This document shows positions 30,808 to 40,850 of a stretch of 64,000 nucleotides of DNA, piece by piece. This stretch comes from an uncultured candidate division Zixibacteria bacterium (GTDB lineage Bacteria > Zixibacteria > MSB-5A5 > GN15 > FEB-12). Position numbers and translations under genes: made by a program. Within the stretch, counting starts at the first letter, position 1; each line of letters opens with the position of its first letter. The notes under the pieces are model-generated. The model worked only from the letters and a program-made list of their open reading frames with translations, ran no database searches and was not told the origin of the DNA. Location: NCBI GenBank assembly GCA_963664195.1, contig OY760907.1, positions 3,424,001 through 3,488,000 of the forward strand. Reading direction: 5' to 3'.

Positions 30808-31356
30808 CTAGTCCGGCCGGCGCTCCAGCAGCCAATCAGTGTAGTCGCCCTTCACGGTGTCATTCGTCGTCTCCAAGTGAGTAATGACGCTGTCCATAAA
30901 CTCCACAGACCCCTGAGAAGAGCTGGAGCTAACCCTGATTCGATTACGGTGCCGTATCAGTTGGTTGAGCGATTGTGTGTAGCTGAGCATGATGGCTGTC
31001 CGATTATTGAAAAAAGTGTCAGCTGGCAACAGCCGCGGCAGATCCGTGTTCAACGCCACCAAGGCTTCGGTGGAGTAGAGACGCTTCACAGCCAATGAGT
31101 CACCTTTGTCGCTGAAGGCACGTGAGTCAGTGCCCCACAGGTGGTTCTTGTCGATCTCGAGAGTCACTGCGTCAATTCGCGCTCGCAGCTCGTTCAGGCG
31201 CGCATCTTCGTCGAAGCCCTGCTGCTGTATGCCTGCGGCCCAGAAGCCTACGACCGCGCCGAGGAACGCGCCCAGGATTGCCCCTGGTAGCTCGTGCCGG
31301 AACCATCCCCAGAGACGGAGCCAGTATGTCTTCAGTTTTTGTATGATCTTGTTCAT
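30808..31356 (-). CDS. Hypothetical membrane-anchored protein
   Basis: GAGG RBS; TM GAILGAFLGAVVGFWAAG followed by a helical region. Confidence 0.65.
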   Translation of the reverse strand: MNKIIQKLKTYWLRLWGWFRHELPGAILGAFLGAVVGFWAAGIQQQGFDEDARLNELRARIDAVTLEIDKNHLWGTDSRAFSDKGDSLAVKRLYSTEALVALNTDLPRLLPADTFFNNRTAIMLSYTQSLNQLIRHRNRIRVSSSSSQGSVEFMDSVITHLETTNDTVKGDYTDWLLERRPD

Positions 31357-31389
31357 AGAGTCCTCATTGTTAGAAGGCAGAGTGTGATG

Positions 31390-32522
31390 CTACCCTACGT
31401 CCCCGGTTTCAGGCTCGTCAGCGTCGGGCTTCTGCCAACAATCTCTGCCGGATTGGTCCTTACCAAGAATCCAACCATCGGCTCTCAGCTCTTCCTCGAT
31501 GCGATCTGGCAGGTCCGCATACTCCCAGCGGACAGCCTTTCGGATCTGTTCCAGTTTGACGTTCATTGCGCGCCCAAGTTTGGCCGCCTTCAGATACGCC
31601 CCCTCCAGATTGGCACCCGTCAAGTCGGCGTCTCTTAAGTTGGCTCCCCACAGATCCGCCCCCTCAAGGAAGGCAACCGTAAGTTTCGCCCCCGCAAGAT
31701 TGGCATATGTCAGATGCGCCCCCTTCAAGTGGGCAGCAAACAGGTCCGCCCTCTCAAGGTTTGCACCAAACAGATTCGCCCTCTCAAGGTTGGCATCAGA
31801 CAGATTCGTCCCCCCAAGGTTGGCGCCTGTCAGATTCGCCCCCTCGAGGTTGGCGCCAGTTAGATTCGCCCCTTCAAGGTTGGCCATCTCCAGTTCCGCC
31901 CCCTCAAGGTTGGCCATCTCCAGTTCCGCCCCCTCAAGGTTGGCTTGAAACAGAGCCGATCCTTCAAGGTTAGCAGACCTCAGATCCACCCCCGCAAGGT
32001 TGGCATCAGACAGATTTGTCTCCTTCAGGTAGACATGGCGCATCCAAGGCAGCGACGCCTTCAACTCGTTCAGCCGCCTGATAATCCCGACCTTTCGAAG
32101 CCCCCCTCCTGACTCTCCCATGGGATGAAATCCGTCAGTTGGTTCTGGTAGTCGCGGATCATCCTCTCTCTTTCAAGCCTTCTCAGCATGCGACTATGCG
32201 CACGCCGTCGCAGCAGCTCGGCCTTCTTCATGCGTGCCTCACGCCGTTGATCGAGAATGGCCAGGATAACACCAAAGAGTACAATGTCAGCGAGAAATCC
32301 GACTCCTTCGGCAGTCAGGTTCTCAGCCCAACCGCTGTCGAGCGTCCTGCCGACAATGCGAAAACCCCAAAGCAGGGTCAATGCGACGACAGCCGAGGCA
32401 AGGATGGAATAAGGCCATACACCGGACCGCATCCACTTTGGCAGCCTGCTGGTCGTCGTCGGTCTCCACCACACAACCACCACCCACACCGCCGCCGCTA
32501 TCACAAGAATATAGAATAACAC
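31390..32522 (-). pseudogene. Membrane-anchored pentapeptide-repeat protein split by a frameshift
   Basis: The TM N-terminal ORF (32070-32522) and the A(N/D)LxG-repeat ORF (31390-32121) join in frame if the G6 run at 32101-32106 were G7. Confidence 0.7.
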
Positions 32523-32668
32523 AGAAGCCTCCCCGGAATGACGACTTGTTTGTCTTTAAGATAGGGATTATCGGCAAAAAAGCAAGACCGTGGGATTGCC
32601 TGCGCTCGACACATTGCCACGCTTCAACGGCGCTGCACGCTGGGAAATCCAGGGAACCAATAAAAAAG

Positions 32669-32741
32669 AGCCACCGAGCAGGATCGAACTGCTGACCTAT
32701 TGATTACGAATCAATTGCTCTACCATCTGAGCTACGGTGGC
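32669..32741 (-). tRNA. tRNA-Thr(CGT), CCA not encoded
   Basis: GCCACCG acceptor stem, ATTGA-TTCGTAA-TCAAT anticodon arm, GTTCGAT T-loop. Confidence 0.95.
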
Positions 32742-33019
32742 TTATCCCGGTTCTTCCGGTCTGGCAAATCTATTCAAATTCATCGGAAAGTCAACACTAA
32801 ATCCGTCGTACCCTGCGAAGATAACTTCAGACTGCCTCTTGAGATGCAAAGCCGGGGCAGATTGTCATCTGCCGCCCACAGACTCACATTGGCTGTAGTC
32901 AGGTGAGAACACCCGGCTGCACAAAAGGGGAGGGACATTCGACTGCACTTCAGCAGGGCACCCTGCAGCATCGTTGCGGGTGGAACAACCGCAGCTCACT
33001 GTCGCGAGCCAGCAGCCGT

Positions 33020-33637
33020 CTATCCCATCCGACGGAGCAGTCCCACAACCTTGCCGGCGATTCGGAATTCCTGTACGTCCTGACCGACCAGAATCGGTTG
33101 AAATTCTTCGTTCTCCGGCTGAAGCCGCACGCCGCCGTTCTCAGGGAAGTACCGCTTCACCGTCGCTTCACCGTCGACTATCGCGACCACAATCTCCCCC
33201 GCGTTGGCAACTTCCTGTTTCTTGACTATGACCACGTCTCCGTCGTAAATCCCGGCGCCGATCATCGATTCCCCGGTGACCGTGAGACTGAACGTCTCCC
33301 CCTTCGGCATAAATGACAGGTCGAGCGCGATCTCTCCCTCGACGTTCTCCACCGAATCTATCGGATTACCGGCCGGCACCGATCCGACCAACGGCACCCT
33401 CCCGATATTGGCGGCCAGATTGCGTGTCAATTCCAAACCGCGCGAGATCAACTCGTGCTTCTTGAGATAGCCCTTCTTGATGAGGGCCGTGAGGTGCGTC
33501 CTGACGCCGTTCGTAGAGCTGATACCAAACTGCTGGCCGATTTCGCGGATCGTCGGTGAATGTCCCCTGTCGAGTATTTGAGACTCGATAAACTCGAAGA
33601 TCATGCGCTGTTTGCGGGTCAGTTCCGGCCTGGCCAT
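33020..33637 (-). CDS. lexA: SOS repressor LexA
   Basis: HTH PTIREI...SSTNGVRTHL; cleavage site VPAG; catalytic GESM and TVKR. Confidence 0.95.
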   Translation of the reverse strand: MARPELTRKQRMIFEFIESQILDRGHSPTIREIGQQFGISSTNGVRTHLTALIKKGYLKKHELISRGLELTRNLAANIGRVPLVGSVPAGNPIDSVENVEGEIALDLSFMPKGETFSLTVTGESMIGAGIYDGDVVIVKKQEVANAGEIVVAIVDGEATVKRYFPENGGVRLQPENEEFQPILVGQDVQEFRIAGKVVGLLRRMG

Positions 33638-33674
33638 GCCTCTTCCTTTCGGTTCCCTGCCTTACCTTTACTGC

Positions 33675-33703
33675 ACACTACTGCCCATTTGTTCATCTGT
33701 CAA
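33675..33703 (-). promoter_or_regulatory. lexA promoter with candidate SOS box in the spacer
   Basis: TTGACA-N17-TAGTGT on the minus strand; the spacer reads CTGCCC-ATTT-GTTCA on the plus strand (33681-33695). Confidence 0.6.
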
Positions 33704-33752
33704 TGACTTTTCGGACTGAAATCGAAGAAACCCGTCAGCCCTCGACCTGCTC

Positions 33753-33782
33753 AAAAAAAGGCGTCCACCAATGGCGGACGCC
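33753..33782 (-). terminator. Terminator of the EF-G paralogue
   Basis: GGCGTCC/GGACGCC stem with T7 on the minus strand. Confidence 0.75.
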
Positions 33783-33809
33783 CATGTAACGATAAATGTA
33801 ACGCGAAGA

Positions 33810-35891
33810 CTATGCTTCGGCCTCTTTTTCAGCCTGAGCCTCGGCGATGATCTTCTGTGCAGCGTCGTGAGGAACGTTCTCATAGTGCGAGAATTCCATC
33901 GAGTACACCCCCTGTCCCTGCGTCATCGAACGAAGATCAACCGAGTACTGATACAGCTCAGCTCTCGGCACCTGCGCACGGATGCGCTGGGAGCCACCCT
34001 CCGGATCCATACCGGCGATTTTGCCGCGACGGGACGAGAGGTCTCCCATCACATCACCGGTGAAGTCATCCGGCACGAGAACTTCGATATTGTAGATCGG
34101 TTCGAGAATAACCGGCTTGGCATCCATAAAACCTTCTCTGAAGGCCTGCGAACCGGCGATTTTGAACGCCATATCGGAAGAGTCCACATCGTGGTACGAT
34201 CCGAAGTACAGCGCGACCTTGACGTCGACCACTTGCGCACCGCATAGCGCTCCGGAAACCATGGATTCAACGATTCCCTTTTCCACAGCCGGTATAAATT
34301 TCGTAGGGATCACGCCGCCCTTGATCTCATCAATAAACTCGAAACCGCCGCCTCTGGTATTCGGCTCAATCCTGATATGTACGTCGCCGTACTGACCGCG
34401 TCCACCGGACTGCTTCTTATGCTTGTACTGCTTCTCAGCCTTGGCAGTAACCGTTTCCCGATACGGGATTTTCGGTTTCACGAGTGTGCATTCGACACCA
34501 AAGCGCGACTGGAGTTTTTCCATAAGCACCTCGATCTGGGTAGATCCCTGAGAATACAGCACCTGCTGTCTGAGGGCGGCGTCTGCCACCAGACGGAAAG
34601 TCGGGTCTTCCTCATGCAGCTTGTGGAGGCCGGAAGCGATCTTCTCCTCATCGCCCTTGGCTTTCGGCCTGATGGCTACGTCCATGACCGGATCGGGGTA
34701 CGCCGCGCCGTTGGCACTCACATCGTACCCTTTCTGGGCCAGCGTGTTGCCGGTGTGTGTGTTCTTGAGCTTGACGGCGACACCAAGATCTCCGGCTGAC
34801 AGCGAAACGACATCGATTCTGTTTTTCCCCTGGAACGTATAAAGCTGAGTCATCCGTTCAGTAGCACCGGTTTGCTGATTGACCAACTCAGTACCACCGG
34901 TAAGCTTGCCGGACAATACTTTGAAGAAAGCCAGTTCCCCAAGGCGAGCTTCAGTCAGGTTCTTGAAGACGAATATCGCAGCCTTACCGTTCGGGTCGGC
35001 AGCGATTTCTATCGCCTCTTCAGTACCGGACTTGACACCGTCCATGGGAGCTAACTGATTGGCGGATGGGAGATATTCGGCAGCAAAGTCAAGTAACAGT
35101 TCAACTCCGATATTCTTCGAGGCACATCCAAACAACACCGGGTATAGCTTGCCTTTGGCAAGTCCGGCTCGGATCCCCTTGACGATATCGTCCGGCTCCA
35201 GCGTACCGACATCAAAGAACTTCTCAAGCAACGCGTCATCAGATTCAGCGGCAACTTCAATCAGGCTCTCGCGCCGGGCATCGGCCTCATCTTTGAGATC
35301 GGCAGGAATATCGACTTCAGTTTTCTTGTCACCGTCATACGTGTAGGCCTTCATGTGGAGAAGATCGATCAACCCCTTGAAGGTCTCCCCTTCACCGATT
35401 GGAAGCTGTATAGCGACAGCACTCTTGCCAAAAGCAGCCTGTACAGACTCAAGCGCCTGCTGCCACTTGACGTTTTCTTTCTCCATCTTATTGACGAAAA
35501 ACAGGCGAGCAAGCCCCTTCTCAGGCATCGCTTTCCACTGTAACTGAGTGCCTATCTCGGCCCCGGAGCCGGCGTCGATAACCATGCAGGCCGCGTCGCT
35601 GACATGGGCGCTGGAGATAACCTCTCCGATGAAATCCGCGTGCCCTGGGCAATCCAGGAGGTTGATTTTCTTCTTGTTCCAGCTACAGGCCAGCAGCTTT
35701 GAAACGAGAGACGATTTACGGGAGATTTCTGCGTCGGTGTAGTCGAAATACGAGCTGCCGTCATCAGATCTGCCTACCCGATTGTTTGCCCCAACACAAA
35801 ACGCAATCGCGTCTGCCAGGCTCGTCTTGCCACAGCCGCGCTGTCCGGCCAGACACATATTACGAATATCCTCAGTCGCAAACTCCTTCAC
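33810..35891 (-). CDS. Elongation factor G paralogue (EF-G2/FusA-like)
   Basis: Full EF-G domain layout (EEDPTF, PYRET, KQSGGRGQYG, GSYHDVDSS, DLRSMTQG) with divergent G1 GQRGCGKT; not within an rpsL-rpsG operon. Confidence 0.9.
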   Translation of the reverse strand: MKEFATEDIRNMCLAGQRGCGKTSLADAIAFCVGANNRVGRSDDGSSYFDYTDAEISRKSSLVSKLLACSWNKKKINLLDCPGHADFIGEVISSAHVSDAACMVIDAGSGAEIGTQLQWKAMPEKGLARLFFVNKMEKENVKWQQALESVQAAFGKSAVAIQLPIGEGETFKGLIDLLHMKAYTYDGDKKTEVDIPADLKDEADARRESLIEVAAESDDALLEKFFDVGTLEPDDIVKGIRAGLAKGKLYPVLFGCASKNIGVELLLDFAAEYLPSANQLAPMDGVKSGTEEAIEIAADPNGKAAIFVFKNLTEARLGELAFFKVLSGKLTGGTELVNQQTGATERMTQLYTFQGKNRIDVVSLSAGDLGVAVKLKNTHTGNTLAQKGYDVSANGAAYPDPVMDVAIRPKAKGDEEKIASGLHKLHEEDPTFRLVADAALRQQVLYSQGSTQIEVLMEKLQSRFGVECTLVKPKIPYRETVTAKAEKQYKHKKQSGGRGQYGDVHIRIEPNTRGGGFEFIDEIKGGVIPTKFIPAVEKGIVESMVSGALCGAQVVDVKVALYFGSYHDVDSSDMAFKIAGSQAFREGFMDAKPVILEPIYNIEVLVPDDFTGDVMGDLSSRRGKIAGMDPEGGSQRIRAQVPRAELYQYSVDLRSMTQGQGVYSMEFSHYENVPHDAAQKIIAEAQAEKEAEA

Positions 35892-36048
35892 CTGGAAACC
35901 TCCAAACTAGACAAAAACTATGTATATACTACCCGAATCACCTATGAGTGACGGGATTCTGTTCAAGTCGTCCAGTATATTACATAGCCTGTTGATTGTC
36001 AATCGGTTTTGGCGGAGTTGCACGGGCACACAGCGCCCGTCCAGAAGC

Positions 36049-36079
36049 AAAAAAAAGGCCCGTCATTTGTTGACGGGCC
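36049..36079 (-). terminator. Terminator after the YceI gene
   Basis: GGCCCGTCA/TGACGGGCC stem with T8. Confidence 0.8.
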
Positions 36080-36096
36080 ATAATAGTCAAACCTCG

Positions 36097-36681
36097 TCAG
36101 CCAGCCTTATTCAGCTCGACTTCAAGCGTGATTTCAACAGTGTTTCCGACAACCAATCCACCCGTTTCCATTGTCCGGCTGAAACTCACACCGAAGTCCT
36201 GACGGTTGATCTCTCCGGTTGCACTGAAACCGGCTTTGGTCGTCCCCATGAAATCCGCTGAACCACGGAATTCCGCATCAAGAACAACTTCTTTGGTCAC
36301 ATCACGAATCGTCAAATCACCGACTATCTGAAACTCATTGCCCTTCACGTTGGTGATCTTCTTTGACACAAACCGTATTTCAGGGTACTTTTCGGCATCG
36401 AAGAAATCCGGTGCACGAAGGTGCTTATCTCTATCCGCGTTGTCAGTATTGACCGAGGCGACATCGATAGAGACCTCTACCTTGCCCTTCTCAAACGACT
36501 TGCCGTCGAATTCCACGATGCCGGAGAACTTCGTGAAGTTGCCGGCAGTGCTGGATATCACCAGATGACTCACTTTGAACCCGACCGACGAGTGAGCGGC
36601 ATCCAACTCCCAACTCTCTGCCGATACGACGGAGGCCATCAACAAAACGGCCAACACCAAAACGCTGCTTTTCTTGAACAT
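36097..36681 (-). CDS. YceI-family polyisoprenoid-binding protein
   Basis: Signal peptide; W.LD.AHSSVGF, RDKHLR..DFFD..KYPEI.F, GDLTIRDVTK; ATG 36681 after GGAGG. Confidence 0.92.
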   Translation of the reverse strand: MFKKSSVLVLAVLLMASVVSAESWELDAAHSSVGFKVSHLVISSTAGNFTKFSGIVEFDGKSFEKGKVEVSIDVASVNTDNADRDKHLRAPDFFDAEKYPEIRFVSKKITNVKGNEFQIVGDLTIRDVTKEVVLDAEFRGSADFMGTTKAGFSATGEINRQDFGVSFSRTMETGGLVVGNTVEITLEVELNKAG

Positions 36682-36772
36682 AGACAAATCCTCCAGGTCC
36701 TCGTGGACAATAATGATCCTATTTGTATTATCCCGATAACCCGGAGATCGGGAAATTGGTTCCTGAGGATTG

Positions 36773-37153
36773 TCAGCGGGCAAAGAAGACGAGTGCGGCA
36801 CCGGTAATATAGGCTGCCACCCACCAGATGTACGCCAAACGGGAATACAGGTGGAATCCGGAGGTGACCTCGGCATCACCGTGGGCCAATCGATGCCTCC
36901 AGGCGAGGGCCGTATCGGTCAGCATGGCAACCAGAGAGGAGTAACCGAGGAGGCCGTGGAGCGTAAACGGAGAGTTACTGGAACCGATTATCATGCAAGC
37001 GGTTGCGATAACGTCAAAGATCACGCCTACCGTAAGGAAGCGGATTACTCGCTGCGAGACCCGGTGGGTCCGTTGTTCGGTAATGATCCCGATTGAGTAG
37101 GCAATCAGGGCCAGATTGACGATTGTAGTGCCGGCGATTAGAATCGGTTTCAA
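36773..37153 (-). CDS. Small 4-TM membrane protein (HsmA/TIGR03987-like)
   Basis: LALIAYSIG...GVIFD..AT..M...LHGLLG pattern; TTG start after GGAG. Confidence 0.65.
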   Translation of the reverse strand: MKPILIAGTTIVNLALIAYSIGIITEQRTHRVSQRVIRFLTVGVIFDVIATACMIIGSSNSPFTLHGLLGYSSLVAMLTDTALAWRHRLAHGDAEVTSGFHLYSRLAYIWWVAAYITGAALVFFAR

Positions 37154-37402
37154 TACAGCAGTCTCCTCGTATATTCTGAGTGTGAAACAGGCCCCGCCTG
37201 TGCGTATATTCTGTACGACTACCAGTCAAACGCTTGCGCCCTGACCATCGCATAACGCGGAAATCGGGGCGCTTTTGCTATCTGACCGACACACGCGGCT
37301 TTTCAACGGGCACACTCACGCCGACTCGTCGGGTTTGTGCCGCGCACGAAAGTGACAACTCGTGGGCGGCAGACGGAACGTCTGCCCCAGCCTCACATTA
37401 TG

Positions 37403-37972
37403 TCAGGCTTTCCGCTGCCGCACGGCCTCATACAAACACACTCCGGCGGCCACAGATACATTGAGGCTCTCAACCGATCCCGCCATCGGAATGTTCGCGA
37501 GAAAATCGCACTTCTGCGAGGTCAGACGCCTTATCCCCTGCCCTTCAGCCCCGAGCACAATCGCAAGCGGTCCTTTGAGATCAATATCGTAGAACGATTC
37601 CTCTGCCTGATCCGAAGTCCCCACCAACCACACACCGTCCTTCTTGAGCTGATCCAAAACGCGAGCCAGATTCGTAACGGCCATCAACGGCACATGCTCT
37701 GCCCCACCGCAGGCAATCTTACGCACCGTGTCGGTCATGCCGACCGAGCGGTCTTTCGGCACGATCACCGCGTGGACACCGGCCCCGTCGGCTGTGCGAA
37801 GACACGCCCCGAGATTGTGAGGATCTTGAACCCCGTCGAGTATCAGAAGAAACGGAGGGCCGTCAAGGTTCTCGAGCATCTCAAAGAGATCATCCTCGTT
37901 GAGCGTCCTAACCGACTCCGAATAATCCGTATGTGTGTGCGTCCTTTTTGAGAACGCCCGTGATTTGCGCAA
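37403..37972 (-). CDS. rlmB: SpoU/TrmH-family rRNA 2'-O-methyltransferase (RlmB-like, short N-terminus)
   Basis: [40 protein letters not shown]. Confidence 0.8.
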   Translation of the reverse strand: MRKSRAFSKRTHTHTDYSESVRTLNEDDLFEMLENLDGPPFLLILDGVQDPHNLGACLRTADGAGVHAVIVPKDRSVGMTDTVRKIACGGAEHVPLMAVTNLARVLDQLKKDGVWLVGTSDQAEESFYDIDLKGPLAIVLGAEGQGIRRLTSQKCDFLANIPMAGSVESLNVSVAAGVCLYEAVRQRKA

Positions 37973-38166
37973 ACTGTCATCTCCTATTTAGTGCCTGATA
38001 AGGTATGTTTTTCGTCCGTCAAGCGCAAAGAGAAAGGTGCCCGACGCGGGCGAAGTCAACTCCGGAGGGTTATTCTTGACCGGCGAGAGACTATTGCCGA
38101 TGTTACACGTATAACCGTTAACGAAAAGCCCGCCAACCCGGCTTGTTGCAATAGAGGAACTCCGAA

Positions 38167-39456
38167 GTGACCAAGGAATCTTACATGCTCCCAGTCTTCG
38201 CCATTGTCGTGTTGTGCCTCATGCTCGTCTCCTGCGGCGATGACGATCCGGTCGGACCCGATCCCGACACCACCCGCCCGACAATCACCGAAGTCTCCCC
38301 TGTCGACGGCGCCCAGCTCATCGCCCGCGATGCCGTCGTCACCGCAACTTTCTCTGAAGACATGCGCGTCTCAACGATTGACTCGGCCGCTTTCGAAATC
38401 ACGCCGGACGTGCCGGGTTCCGTCAGCTACGACAACCGCGTGATGACCTTCACGCCCTCGCAGTTGCTCGACAGCAACATAACCTACACGGCCACTGTAA
38501 CGACTGCCGTCAAAGACACTGCCGGAAACGCATTGGCGTCGGATTTCTTCTGGGAGTTCTCGACCTCAACGGTCGCGATGATCTCCCCCGCCGACGGTGC
38601 CGTAGTCGGTGACCTGGTACTCATCCAAGTGGGGGACGGTAGTTCCGGAGTTATTGACCATGCGGAGTTTTTCATCGACGGCTCCCTAGCCACGACCGTT
38701 TCGGCCCCACCCTACCTTCACCTCTGGAACGCCGCCGGCGAGGACTTGGGTAGTGAGCATGAAATCATCGCGAGCGCGTATGATTCAACTGGTGCCACAA
38801 TCCTCAGCGACACGGTCACCGTGCATTATCTCTGGGAGTTACTCATAGCAGACGACAGTCTGGAGTTCGATGCCGGTTCCGGTCTCATAGTCGCCCGCGA
38901 TCTGAAGAACATCTACGCAAGAAGCACCTCGACTCAGCTACAATTCCGAGTCGAAACCAACCGCGGTTGGGGTGACTATGACGATCCCAACGAAGGCATC
39001 GACGTCGTCCTGTTCATGGACACTGATCAAAATGGTGCAACTGGAAGAGACCGTGTGGAATCGGTCGATACTTACATGCTTAATGGAATCGGTGCGGAGG
39101 CCCGTGTGATAGTCGGCAACAATGGGAATGACCTCTGGACGTACTCTACTAGCTGGATATCTCGAGGAGGCGCAAATCTGCTGAACATTGTTGACAGCTC
39201 CAATTTCTTTGAAGTCGGCGTTAATCTGAGCAGGCTCGGCAATCCGACCGCACTAGACATAGTGGCGGCAAACTTCACTTACTCCACAAACGGTATGAGC
39301 AGCGCGTATCTGTGGGACTGGGCACCCAATCAAGGCGAAGGGTTTGCTACCTACGTAATCGACAACTCCTACCAGGCTGCCCCGGCTCGGCCAAATGCCA
39401 AGTCGTCCAACCGCGTCGCAAAGGCGGCCGGGAGTAAGGCCAATCCGTTCGATTGA
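38167..39456 (+). CDS. Lipoprotein with bacterial Ig-like domains
   Basis: Lipobox LVSC; Big_5-like TFSEDM...FTPS..L....YT......KDTAGN. Confidence 0.8.
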   Translation: MTKESYMLPVFAIVVLCLMLVSCGDDDPVGPDPDTTRPTITEVSPVDGAQLIARDAVVTATFSEDMRVSTIDSAAFEITPDVPGSVSYDNRVMTFTPSQLLDSNITYTATVTTAVKDTAGNALASDFFWEFSTSTVAMISPADGAVVGDLVLIQVGDGSSGVIDHAEFFIDGSLATTVSAPPYLHLWNAAGEDLGSEHEIIASAYDSTGATILSDTVTVHYLWELLIADDSLEFDAGSGLIVARDLKNIYARSTSTQLQFRVETNRGWGDYDDPNEGIDVVLFMDTDQNGATGRDRVESVDTYMLNGIGAEARVIVGNNGNDLWTYSTSWISRGGANLLNIVDSSNFFEVGVNLSRLGNPTALDIVAANFTYSTNGMSSAYLWDWAPNQGEGFATYVIDNSYQAAPARPNAKSSNRVAKAAGSKANPFD

Positions 39457-39541
39457 CCGGCGAGGTTAAACAAAGCAACTCAGACTGCCGTCTTTCGTAA
39501 GGACATAGTAAGGTGATTTGCCCGGGACTCAAGGAGAGAGC

Positions 39542-40747
39542 TTGTTGACCTCAGCTAACGTGTTCAAGTACACCGTGATTCTGATCAGTCTCGCCCTGCT
39601 GTGCGTGTCCTGCGCCGACGACAACAACCCCTACACTCCGCCTGAGCCACCGGTCGATCCGCAGGCCCCGGTCATCAATCAAATGGTGCCCGACAGCGGT
39701 GCCCCAGGCTCCATTATCATGCTCTACGGCTACAATTTCTCCTATGATATCACGGCAATCAACGTCAGTTTCGGATCTCAATCGGCAGTAGTCAACGCCT
39801 CAAAACCGTACGAGATATCAGTCACGGTTCCTCGAGGCATCACCACAGGACCTATCGAAGTCAAGATAGACGGTCACATTGGCACTTCTCAGACAGACTT
39901 CACAGCCCTCTTCGAACCAATTTCGTACCAGGGCAGCACAGGCCCCTGGACGGACATCGTCTGGACCGGCAATCGATTCGTCGCTTCTGGCGACCATGGC
40001 GCTATCCTGACTTCGCAAAACGGTCTCGATTGGACAACATTACAGGCGCCGACGGCTGGCTCACTTTGGTCGATAGCGCACAACCCAACCGGCATTGTAG
40101 CTGTGGGCGAAGACGGCGCGATTGTCTTCTCGGAAACAGGTGAACACTGGACTCTGCAATCCGCTCCTGCCGGAGTGAACGGCAATCTGGTTAGTGTGGC
40201 CGCGTCGCCCGGTCGGTTCGTTGCAGTACCCTCACAAGGAAACTACATCCTCAGTTCCGCGAACGGCCGCAGTTGGCAGAAGCACGATCTGGATTCAACC
40301 TGGACCATGAGCCACGTCGCCTACGACGGCCGGTTTGTAGCGTTCGTCAACCGAGCCTGGCTACTGGCATCTTCCGACGGCCTTACGTGGACAACGACGC
40401 CCACTCTTCTAGTAGAGCCACCCGTACAAAACAGCGCCTGGTCCGGACGGTATCTGATCATCACCAAGCGAAGTGCCATGTTTCGCCGCATGAGCGAAAC
40501 AACCTGGTCCGATGACACCCCGAGCAGCTCGCTCATGGCCGAATTCTCTGACATCACCTGGGACGGAACCAGATTCATAACCGTCGGCGATGGTGCAGTC
40601 ATCACGGCGCCGGCCAACGGCCGCTGGAGCAAGTATGCGCGGTTGGGACTCTCCTCCTCGTTTCCGCCTCGAATCGCCGCCAACGAAAACGTATGCGTGG
40701 TAGTCGGCGGTTACGGTTCTCGGGTGCTCGTCTGGCAAAGATCGTAA
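39542..40747 (+). CDS. Lipoprotein with IPT/TIG domain and beta-propeller repeats
   Basis: Lipobox CVSC; P.SG.PG..I..YG.NF; repeated VAVG..G.I..S.NG..W. Confidence 0.8.
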   Translation: MLTSANVFKYTVILISLALLCVSCADDNNPYTPPEPPVDPQAPVINQMVPDSGAPGSIIMLYGYNFSYDITAINVSFGSQSAVVNASKPYEISVTVPRGITTGPIEVKIDGHIGTSQTDFTALFEPISYQGSTGPWTDIVWTGNRFVASGDHGAILTSQNGLDWTTLQAPTAGSLWSIAHNPTGIVAVGEDGAIVFSETGEHWTLQSAPAGVNGNLVSVAASPGRFVAVPSQGNYILSSANGRSWQKHDLDSTWTMSHVAYDGRFVAFVNRAWLLASSDGLTWTTTPTLLVEPPVQNSAWSGRYLIITKRSAMFRRMSETTWSDDTPSSSLMAEFSDITWDGTRFITVGDGAVITAPANGRWSKYARLGLSSSFPPRIAANENVCVVVGGYGSRVLVWQRS

Positions 40748-40850
40748 ACCTGCCTTTGCCGGACGTTTATCTCCACTATTGCCTCTTGACTTCCGACTCC
40801 GTTTCACGGACATTGAATCACGCAAAGAACAAACTCAGTGAGGTTAGCAA

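Larger units (their letters stand above)
28780..32713. mobile_element. Genomic islet integrated at tRNA-Thr(CGT); no integrase inside
   Basis: Bounded by 48-bp direct repeats; carries accessory minus-strand genes only. Confidence 0.8.

Noticed and set aside
31600..32010. Regular 15/30-bp periodic repeats resembling an array
   Set aside because: They are coding pentapeptide repeats; there are no unique spacers or cas genes, so this is not CRISPR.
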